Shown: positions 9,782 to 16,112 of the stretch, one piece after another
Numbering within the stretch: the first letter of the stretch is position 1
Layout: every line of letters starts with the position of its first letter
DNA from: a virus
Lineage: Duplodnaviria; Caudoviricetes
Reading direction: 5' to 3' (one strand)
IMG/VR virus record: IMGVR_UViG_3300020403_001989
Location: 1-24,754 of that record
DNA: 24,754 nucleotides
Notes under the pieces: generated by a model
What the model was told of the DNA's origin: nothing
What the model saw: only the letters and a program-made list of their open reading frames with translations
Databases searched by the model: none
Translations under genes and position numbers: made by a program

Positions 9782-10211
9782 AATTTTACTAGGTTTAGTA
9801 ACATTGTTACTCGTTGGTTGTGGTCAGAATGATCCAGGCTTAGCAAAGCAAGTGGGATTGTCAAAAAACCAACTTGCTGATATTGAAGCAAGGATATGCT
9901 CATACGATGGTAACGATTGCTTCCTTCCTATTATGGCACTTAACGTCGAAGGAGGGATGCAAGTTGCAGTTGTAGATTCACTTCCGGGTGAGGCCAAGTA
10001 TGCTGCTTGTGGTGCATGTCATGGCGCACAAGGTGGAGGCGGTGTTGGTCCTGCATTAGCAGGTCAGACCGTAGAGTACATTGTCGGCCGACTAAACCAA
10101 TATAAAGCAGGTGAAAAGGTTGGTAACCAAAGTAACCTTATGTGGGGTCAGGCAGCAGGACTTTCTGATCAAGACATAAACGAACTAGCGGAGTATATTG
10201 TAACGCTATGA
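9774..10211 (+). CDS. Monoheme class I cytochrome c (c553/c4-like), predicted lipoprotein
   Basis: Signal peptide with lipobox LLVG-C, heme motif CGACH, PALAGQ, distal Met in NLMWGQA, LSDQDINELAEYI. GGAG RBS before ATG 9774. Confidence 0.92.
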   Translation: MNKILLGLVTLLLVGCGQNDPGLAKQVGLSKNQLADIEARICSYDGNDCFLPIMALNVEGGMQVAVVDSLPGEAKYAACGACHGAQGGGGVGPALAGQTVEYIVGRLNQYKAGEKVGNQSNLMWGQAAGLSDQDINELAEYIVTL

Positions 10212-10318
10212 AAATAGATAAAGAATTTATTAAAGACGTTTGGAAGCACGACAAGTATTTTTGGATCTTTTTATTCGTTATGTTCCCTCTGATGATGTAT
10301 GCGAATTACGCGTCATGA
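10208..10318 (+). CDS. 36-aa single-TM peptide
   Basis: MKIDKEFIKDVWKHDKYFWIFLFVMFPLMMYANYAS*. ATGA overlaps at both ends, GGAG upstream. Confidence 0.65.
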   Translation: MKIDKEFIKDVWKHDKYFWIFLFVMFPLMMYANYAS

Positions 10319-10881
10319 AGAATGTGTTTGCAAAATCCATGACGACGTTCTTTCGGTTCTTTGCCGATACGTTCTTTGCTAAACGATATGGCCACCGTGC
10401 TGTAGTACTTGAGACCATTGCTGGTGTTCCTGGTATGGTTGGTGGTATGCTTATTCACCTCAAAAGTCTAAGACGACACGAGAGAGGATACGGTCCACAG
10501 ATAAGAGAACTGTTAGCCGAGGCAGAAAATGAGCGTATGCATCTCATGTTTTTTATTGAGATTGCTAAACCGAATTGGTTTGAAAGACTGCTGATTGTAA
10601 CAGCTCAGTTTGTATTTTTGTTATTCTATACAATCCTCTATCTTATCTCTTCAAGTACAGCTCATAAAATGATAGCATACTTTGAAGAGGAGGCAGTCAA
10701 AAGCTACACTGAGTATCTGGAGCTAATTGAATCTGGAGAAATTGAAGACGTTCCTGCTCCACAGCTTGCAATTGAATACTATGGTCTCAAACGCACTGCT
10801 ACTCTTAGTACCATGGTTATGAGTGTACGAGATGATGAACGCAAGCACAGCAAAGTCAATCATAGGATGGCTGGATTCTAA
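10315..10881 (+). CDS. aox: Alternative (ubiquinol) oxidase, AOX, di-iron carboxylate
   Basis: LETIAGVPG, EAENERMH, FEEEA and RDDERKH supply all four iron-binding motifs. Start revised to ATG 10315 (ATGA coupling). Confidence 0.94.
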   Translation: MKNVFAKSMTTFFRFFADTFFAKRYGHRAVVLETIAGVPGMVGGMLIHLKSLRRHERGYGPQIRELLAEAENERMHLMFFIEIAKPNWFERLLIVTAQFVFLLFYTILYLISSSTAHKMIAYFEEEAVKSYTEYLELIESGEIEDVPAPQLAIEYYGLKRTATLSTMVMSVRDDERKHSKVNHRMAGF

Positions 10882-10994
10882 TGGATGCTGCTCTGATTGG
10901 AATTATTGTTATTATGACTTTACCAATGATTGGTCTTGGTATTACTTATTACCTATCTTACCTTTCTTCGGAGTCTGTTAGAGAGGATGATTAA
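10881..10994 (+). CDS. 37-aa single-TM peptide
   Basis: MDAALIGIIVIMTLPMIGLGITYYLSYLSSESVREDD*. TAATG overlaps at both ends. Confidence 0.65.
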   Translation: MDAALIGIIVIMTLPMIGLGITYYLSYLSSESVREDD

Positions 10995-12040
10995 TGGACT
11001 CCATAAATCTCGTCCTATCTAACCGTTGCCAAGCAGCGTGTGTTTGGTGCCCAAGCACTAGAGGCACTAAACAAAAGTACGATATGCCTTTTGAGCTTGT
11101 TGAGCGGATTGTCGAAGAAGTAACAAGCGAGTCGTTTCCATTTGAGATAAAATCTGTTAGACTTAGTGAAAACGGTGAGGCTATTCTTAATCACGACTTC
11201 TTTAAGATAGCTAGGTACATAAGAGAAAAGCTACCAAATAGTCGTATTGACCTAATGAGTAATTTCTTGTCTCTGGACAAGGACAAGTCTGCTATTATTG
11301 TTAAAGAAAGACTTGTGGATGCTCTTACAGTCAACATTGATGGCCACGACAAAGAAAGCTACGAAGCTGTTAAACGTGTTGATTACGAAACAGTCATTCA
11401 AAATCTTAAAGACTTTAACTCACTTCACGTTCATCATGGCAGTACTATTGAGGTGTTAGTAAATGCAATGCCTTATTATGAGTATGATCAAGCAGTTAGA
11501 TGGGTACTAAGAACTAAGCCACTTAATTATGTTGATCACAGAAGTGATAAGATTAGCAAGAAGATTGATAGGTCCACTAGGGCTGAAGATATTATAAAAA
11601 GGCATTACAGTGATGAAGTGCCTTACAGCAACTTCGATCTGGTGTTAAAGAGTCTTCATTTTCTTCATAACAATCCGTATATGAGATTCAAAAAATCTCG
11701 GCCAGGTTTATGGGCTGAACGTCAAAGTATTGCAGACGGAACTGCCAAGCCAGTTATGCAAAAAAATGAACTGTCGTGTCCCGAACTGCTCAGAGTAATG
11801 AACGAAGCATTTATTTCTCCAGCTGGAGATTGGTATCCATGTTGTTTAGATGATAACCAAGACATATCTCTTGGAAACGTATACGATAATACCATATTGG
11901 AAATCTACAATTCTGAGAAACGACAGACGTTTATTCAAATGCTAATAGACAAAAAGTTTGATGAAATTGGATATCCTTGTAATACTGTTGAGGCTTGTCA
12001 AACTATTGTATTCAATGACGTAAAGGATTATTGTGAGTAG
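10994..12040 (+). CDS. Radical SAM protein with SPASM/twitch-type C-terminal domain
   Basis: CQAACVWC (CxxxCxxC), NGEA, C-terminal C...GDWYPCC...LGN...PCNTVEAC. Confidence 0.88.
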   Translation: MDSINLVLSNRCQAACVWCPSTRGTKQKYDMPFELVERIVEEVTSESFPFEIKSVRLSENGEAILNHDFFKIARYIREKLPNSRIDLMSNFLSLDKDKSAIIVKERLVDALTVNIDGHDKESYEAVKRVDYETVIQNLKDFNSLHVHHGSTIEVLVNAMPYYEYDQAVRWVLRTKPLNYVDHRSDKISKKIDRSTRAEDIIKRHYSDEVPYSNFDLVLKSLHFLHNNPYMRFKKSRPGLWAERQSIADGTAKPVMQKNELSCPELLRVMNEAFISPAGDWYPCCLDDNQDISLGNVYDNTILEIYNSEKRQTFIQMLIDKKFDEIGYPCNTVEACQTIVFNDVKDYCE

Positions 12041-12407
12041 AACAGCCAACAAAGTACTTACTAACGATGATGAGATGCTCGATGATGTCGTCATTCAAAC
12101 CGATAGCGGCAACGAGTACTCTGTTGGTGAGATCAAGCATTCAAACAGGTTACTAAAAAGTGTAACACCAAAGTACACTATCGACTGGTATCTTAAATGG
12201 TTCAGCAGTCTTGTAGTACTAGCTGCAATGAGTATCAGAGGTATCGAGGAGCTGATCTACTACGATCTGATATTAAGCATCGTTGGTATCACAGGATGGC
12301 TTGCTGTATCGGTGCTTTGGAAAGATCGAGCACTGATACTACTTAATGGTGTTGGCCTCATTATGTTTATGAACACTCTGTTTACCAAATACTTGTTCGT
12401 GACATGA
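12033..12407 (+). CDS. Small membrane protein (about 3 TM segments)
   Basis: WYLKW...WKDRALILLN. GTG start after AAGGA. Confidence 0.75.
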   Translation: MSRTANKVLTNDDEMLDDVVIQTDSGNEYSVGEIKHSNRLLKSVTPKYTIDWYLKWFSSLVVLAAMSIRGIEELIYYDLILSIVGITGWLAVSVLWKDRALILLNGVGLIMFMNTLFTKYLFVT

Positions 12408-12568
12408 TTGTGTGTATCTGTAAAGGTGTGTCTGATTCTACTGTCCGTGAACTTCTTAACCACATTGACCTGTCCAAAGTAAAAGAAGTAACTGGAGCAA
12501 GTACTCAATGTGGAACGTGCAGCCAGCTACTTGAACTTATAGCCAGTGAAAGTAAGAACGACAAATAG
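12404..12568 (+). CDS. bfd: Bfd-like [2Fe-2S] ferredoxin (54 aa, not in ORF track)
   Basis: MIVCICKGVSDSTVRELLNHIDLSKVKEVTGASTQCGTCSQLLELIASESKNDK* has the CxC...CGxC Bfd pattern. ATGA overlap with the upstream gene. Confidence 0.88.
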   Translation: MIVCICKGVSDSTVRELLNHIDLSKVKEVTGASTQCGTCSQLLELIASESKNDK

Positions 12569-12571
12569 TTG

Positions 12572-12600
12572 TTGACTAAATCCGTCACTGCCCTGATAAT
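12572..12600 (+). promoter_or_regulatory. Sigma70-type (early) promoter
   Basis: TTGACT-17 bp-GATAAT. Shares CCTGATAATG with the promoter at 13074. Confidence 0.75.
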
Positions 12601-12605
12601 GGACG

Positions 12606-12637
12606 ACATGAATGGGCACACCCGTTCATGTTTTTTT
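12606..12637 (+). terminator. Intrinsic terminator
   Basis: ACATGAATGGG-CACA-CCCGTTCATGT stem followed by a T run. Confidence 0.75.
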
Positions 12638-12660
12638 GTTTAGTTACATAGGAAATGATT

Positions 12661-12915
12661 ATGTCTATTTTTGACAAAGTGTTTAACGTACTGGTAGTTG
12701 AAGGCCGTGAGGCATCTGCAAAGCAAATGGCCAGCTGGTTTGGTACTACAACCAACACCATCGCTGCTCGAGTCTCTGAGCTTCGTACTCAGGAAGGCTT
12801 CGCTATCTACGCTAACAAGCGTACCGACAGCAAAGGACGTACTTCTACGTTCTACCGCGCTGGTAACCCCACTCGCGCCGTTGTAGCTGCTGGCTACCGA
12901 GCTCTTGCTGCGTAA
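12661..12915 (+). CDS. Small basic winged-helix-like DNA-binding protein
   Basis: SAKQMASWFG..NTIAARVSELR followed by a beta wing (TFYR). Strongly biased codons; AGGA RBS. Confidence 0.65.
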   Translation: MSIFDKVFNVLVVEGREASAKQMASWFGTTTNTIAARVSELRTQEGFAIYANKRTDSKGRTSTFYRAGNPTRAVVAAGYRALAA

Positions 12916-12927
12916 GAGCCACCCCTC

Positions 12928-12950
12928 AAGGCCGCAATCAGTGCGGCCTT
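12928..12950 (+). terminator. GC-rich hairpin, probable terminator or RNA-stabilising stem
   Basis: AAGGCCGCA-ATCAG-TGCGGCCTT followed by a pyrimidine-rich tract rather than an immediate U run. Confidence 0.55.
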
Positions 12951-13018
12951 ACCCTTATTCCTTTTCTGCCTTTTTGTAGCTTTTTTATATGCAAAATGGT
13001 TCTAAAAAAGTTAGTCTC

Positions 13019-13069
13019 TAACCCCTTGATTCTACTGGGAAATAAAACTCCTTTTAGATCAAGGGGTTA
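13019..13069. repeat. 12-bp perfect inverted repeat
   Basis: TAACCCCTTGAT (13019-13030) and ATCAAGGGGTTA (13058-13069). Confidence 0.9.
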
Positions 13070-13073
13070 CTGC

Positions 13074-13102
13074 TTGACAAATACATCCGTAGACCTGATA
13101 AT
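13074..13102 (+). promoter_or_regulatory. Sigma70-type (early) promoter
   Basis: TTGACA-17 bp-GATAAT, upstream of GGAGG RBS and ATG 13137. Confidence 0.8.
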
Positions 13103-13136
13103 GTCCCCATTGAATGAGAGATCGCCTGGAGGGCAT

Positions 13137-13334
13137 ATGAGTATTCGTAATGAGATCAAAGAGTTGTTTGTTCGCGCTTCGCAGAACAATGATAACATCT
13201 TTGATGGCAAGATTGATTGGGGCTTTGTCGAAGCAGATGTTATGATTGAACTCGGCGTTGACCGTATCATCGAAGAGATGGGTTCGCTTGAAGCATTTTA
13301 CCCTTTGTTTGACTCACTTGTAGAGGCTGCGTAA
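13137..13334 (+). CDS. Hypothetical early protein (65 aa, acidic)
   Basis: GGAGG RBS before MSIRNEIK. The track start at 12996 runs through the promoter. Confidence 0.75.
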   Translation: MSIRNEIKELFVRASQNNDNIFDGKIDWGFVEADVMIELGVDRIIEEMGSLEAFYPLFDSLVEAA

Positions 13335-13651
13335 TGGAAAGACTGTTTGAATTTAAGAACACGATTGACGACTCACCTAAGACTGTCGCTCGTCACTTTA
13401 TGAAGAAGTATCGTCCTGCTCTTCTTGCTAAGAAGAAGCATCGTATGACTGCTGTGAAGCTGACTGATGATCAGATGGCTAACATTGGTGATCAGATCAT
13501 CAAGCAAGCTCGAGCTAAGGGTAGTAAGCGTACCATGGCTTTCGACATGTACCATGCTGGTGCATCTGCTGCTGACGTTTCTAAGACGTTGTGCATCACT
13601 TATGCTAACGCTCACTACTACAAGCGTGCGTTCAAGAAGGAGTTCGGTTAA
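13334..13651 (+). CDS. Basic protein with C-terminal HTH-like segment
   Basis: GASAADVSKTLCITYANAHYY. TAATG coupling; GGAGG-like RBS. Confidence 0.7.
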   Translation: MERLFEFKNTIDDSPKTVARHFMKKYRPALLAKKKHRMTAVKLTDDQMANIGDQIIKQARAKGSKRTMAFDMYHAGASAADVSKTLCITYANAHYYKRAFKKEFG

Positions 13652-14058
13652 TGCCTAAGAAGTTGGATCCTGCTGTACAGAAGGTGCTTGATAAGATGTT
13701 GGTCAAGCCAACTGCTACTTTTGACAACCACACGCTGGAATATGCTAAGGGTGTAGCTGACGGTTCTATTAAGGTTAAATACTTCAGGGCAAGTGACATT
13801 CCTGAGAAGAAGCCTACACCCGAGGCTTTCAAGAAGAAGCACAAGAAGGCAAAGACCAGGGCAAAGCAAAAGTCTGTCTATAGGTCAAGTCGACGCATTC
13901 CTTCTGAGTACAGCCATGATGATATGGTTCCTACTATAAATGGAGGTATACTCAGAGGGTACTCTCGGCAAGATGTCATACGAGCTCTTGTTGAGAATTT
14001 TAGGGTTTCAAAGCATAGTGCTGGTTATCACTATGACAAGTTTGTTGGCAAGCGATAG
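13651..14058 (+). CDS. Lys-rich protein with C-terminal HTH-like segment
   Basis: AAGGAG RBS; GYSRQDVIRALVENFRVSKHSAGYHY. Confidence 0.7.
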   Translation: MPKKLDPAVQKVLDKMLVKPTATFDNHTLEYAKGVADGSIKVKYFRASDIPEKKPTPEAFKKKHKKAKTRAKQKSVYRSSRRIPSEYSHDDMVPTINGGILRGYSRQDVIRALVENFRVSKHSAGYHYDKFVGKR

Positions 14059-14066
14059 GAAAAGTT

Positions 14067-14261
14067 ATGAAAGACACATCAATCTATGCTCAAGCTGTTA
14101 AAAGGATCGAAGGATTCGTTAATCGGTTCAATGATCTTGATGATATCGACTTCGAAGACGACAGTGCTCTTTTGTCGGAAGCGATGAAAGCTATTGAAGG
14201 TATTGATGGCACTCTGTATGAGCTTACAGAGATGTTAGATCATAATCGGTACATCACGTGA
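14067..14261 (+). CDS. Hypothetical acidic protein (64 aa)
   Basis: AGGA RBS; tightly packed between neighbours. Confidence 0.7.
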   Translation: MKDTSIYAQAVKRIEGFVNRFNDLDDIDFEDDSALLSEAMKAIEGIDGTLYELTEMLDHNRYIT

Positions 14262-14461
14262 TGGAAAGGCTTTGGATCGACGTTTGGCCTGATCGGCCGT
14301 GGAACGAAGAGCGTGGTCATATCGACGATGATCCATACTTGTTTGTGGATCGCCACGTAACGATTCGTAAAGACGGTACACCTGTATTGGTCTTTGGAGT
14401 CGAGCAGATGGAAACCGAGTTGAGAGCATTACTGAATGCTGTAAGGAGAGGTGAACGATGA
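14258..14461 (+). CDS. Hypothetical protein (67 aa)
   Basis: GTGA and ATGA overlaps at its two ends. Confidence 0.65.
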   Translation: MMERLWIDVWPDRPWNEERGHIDDDPYLFVDRHVTIRKDGTPVLVFGVEQMETELRALLNAVRRGER

Positions 14462-14892
14462 GCTTTGAGACGCTTCAAAAGAATCTTCGAGCTGAAGGTT
14501 GGTTTGTTGAATGGAACATGCCTTGCTGTCAATCCTGTGCTTGGTCTATGGTCAGTCACGAAGATATGTCTCGTGTCCTTTTCAATCACACACAAGATTG
14601 TGAGAACGAAGAGGACTGGGAGCCTGAGGTTATGTGTACTGAATGTTGGGGTCACGTTAATCACGATGAGTACGAAGAGGATTGTCCTGAGTGTGGTGGC
14701 TATGGTTATGTCGACAATTGCGAAGACATTCCAATTATGACACCTGAAGAAGCTGGCCGAAGTCTGTTTTGTTTTAACGGTGACAAAGAAGGTACCAAGA
14801 ATCTGGTTGACATTCTTCCCTTGATCGAGGAGAGTGGATGTAACTGGTCTTGGGACAAGTGTGGTGGCACACGAATAGAGATCAGCTGGTAA
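14458..14892 (+). CDS. Cys-rich acidic protein with a Zn-ribbon-like insert
   Basis: CCQSC, CTECWG...CPECGGYG; GAGGTG RBS. Confidence 0.72.
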   Translation: MSFETLQKNLRAEGWFVEWNMPCCQSCAWSMVSHEDMSRVLFNHTQDCENEEDWEPEVMCTECWGHVNHDEYEEDCPECGGYGYVDNCEDIPIMTPEEAGRSLFCFNGDKEGTKNLVDILPLIEESGCNWSWDKCGGTRIEISW

Positions 14893-14902
14893 TTCTATGC
14901 TT

Positions 14903-14979
14903 CGGAGTATAGCGCAGCCTGGTAGCGCATCTGCTTTGGGAGCAGAGGGTCGTAGGTTCGAATCCTACTACTCCGACCA
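14903..14979 (+). tRNA. tRNA-Pro (anticodon TGG) with encoded CCA
   Basis: Acceptor CGGAGTA/TACTCCG, D stem GCGC/GCGC, anticodon arm TCTGC-TTTGGGA-GCAGA, T arm GTAGG-TTCGAAT-CCTAC, 3' ACCA. Confidence 0.97.
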
Positions 14980-14994
14980 ATTCAGGAAACTTTA

Positions 14995-15066
14995 ATGACT
15001 TTTTTGTTAACTATTTTAGGTTTTGTAATTTTAGTTACTTGGTTAGTAATAAAGGACGAAGAATGA
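14995..15066 (+). CDS. 23-aa single-TM peptide
   Basis: AGGA RBS; MTFLLTILGFVILVTWLVIKDEE*. ATGA overlap with the next gene. Confidence 0.55.
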   Translation: MTFLLTILGFVILVTWLVIKDEE

Positions 15067-15698
15067 TAGAACTCGATAACAAAATCCTATTGTCTGTACC
15101 TGGCTTTGATGTAGAGCTTGTTAGAAAGTACAATGCTTATGTTCGTAAGCGTACTCGTCAGGTAGCTACCGGTCGCGTCTCATATCGTAAGGATGGGTCA
15201 CAAAACAAATGCTACCGAGCAGAATGGAACTTCAATGCTCGTAACGGTTATGGTATTGAGTTTAAGGATATCAAAGAAGCTCAGAAGTATTGTGAGCGTA
15301 TCCAGAAGTCTAAGACGTATCGAGACCTTAATGGTACGTACACGTACGTTGTAGCTAAGAAGGACATGGGTAGCCGCTCAAGGTTTACTGGGATGGCCTA
15401 TAACAATGGAAAGATCACTTTGTGTCCTCGTAACGGCATGAATCAGTACACTCTGCTACACGAGATGGCTCACCAGTGTGGTGCTCGTCACCACGATGTT
15501 AGGTTCAGACAGATCCTTGTCAAGCTAGTGTCTAGGTTTATGGGACGTGACATGGCTAAGAAGCTCAAGCAAGAGTTTCGCAATGTTGGTTTAAAGATGA
15601 GTCAGACATCTACTATAAAAAGTCCGCAGAAGTGGTTAGAGGACTACTATAGGATGCAACGATTAAGAGAGATACATATATCAGGAGGTGCAGCATGA
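15063..15698 (+). CDS. HExxH zinc metalloprotease-like protein (SprT-like), basic
   Basis: FTGMAY...TLLHEMAH...HHDVRF. Start at ATG 15063 after AAGGA. Confidence 0.75.
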   Translation: MIELDNKILLSVPGFDVELVRKYNAYVRKRTRQVATGRVSYRKDGSQNKCYRAEWNFNARNGYGIEFKDIKEAQKYCERIQKSKTYRDLNGTYTYVVAKKDMGSRSRFTGMAYNNGKITLCPRNGMNQYTLLHEMAHQCGARHHDVRFRQILVKLVSRFMGRDMAKKLKQEFRNVGLKMSQTSTIKSPQKWLEDYYRMQRLREIHISGGAA

Positions 15699-16042
15699 TT
15701 AAATTCTCATTTGTAGCAGCAGTAATTCTAGGTATTTCATTACTCACTTGGTCAAGTAAAAGCCAAGCTATCGGTGATACTGAGCAAGGTATTTTGTGGG
15801 GTATCTTTGGCACAACTGTGCTTATGGAGGTATTCGATCCTTCTAATAGAGATGATCAATACTATCCCAACAACCCCACGGGCGAGTTTCCTCCGTTCCG
15901 TTGTAATGGTGATTCAGTCACCTGTGCTTATCAAAGAGGTAAGTGGGAACGAGAATATGAGGACTGGCTCAAAGCCAAAGACAGAGCTTACCAATGTGGA
16001 AGATTCCCTGAGAATTGTAATCCTGAGTACAAAGGAGCCTAG
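15695..16042 (+). CDS. Secreted or membrane hypothetical protein
   Basis: Signal peptide ending SQA, second hydrophobic stretch, 4 Cys; GGAGG RBS. Confidence 0.75.
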   Translation: MIKFSFVAAVILGISLLTWSSKSQAIGDTEQGILWGIFGTTVLMEVFDPSNRDDQYYPNNPTGEFPPFRCNGDSVTCAYQRGKWEREYEDWLKAKDRAYQCGRFPENCNPEYKGA

Positions 16043-16071
16043 CACAACGTGACAGAACCAGGTAAGTTGAT

Positions 16072-16103
16072 AAATAGCCGGGACCCCTCGGCTATTTTTT
16101 TTT
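16072..16103 (+). terminator. Intrinsic terminator overlapping a late-promoter-like ATAAATA (16070-16076)
   Basis: AAATAGCCGG-GACCCC-TCGGCTATTT followed by a T run. Confidence 0.85.
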
Positions 16104-16112
16104 GGATCATCC

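Noticed and set aside
8916-10994. Possibility that the tiny ORFs are fragments caused by stop-codon recoding or frameshift decay
   Set aside because: Most junctions change frame via ATGA/TAATG overlaps with their own starts. Conserved genes are full length in the standard code, and all three stop codons are used.
5126-12568. Host chromosomal DNA or a prophage boundary
   Set aside because: The genes are coupled in phage style, continuous with gene 41 and mixed with phage-type hypotheticals. No integrase or att-like duplication was seen. Read-level confirmation is still advisable.
12996-13136. N-terminal extension of ORF 12996..13334
   Set aside because: It spans the inverted repeat and promoter. 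A strong GGAGG RBS supports ATG 13137.
12900-13136. CRISPR array or IS terminal repeats
   Set aside because: Only isolated hairpins and one inverted pair are present, with no repeat-spacer periodicity and no transposase.
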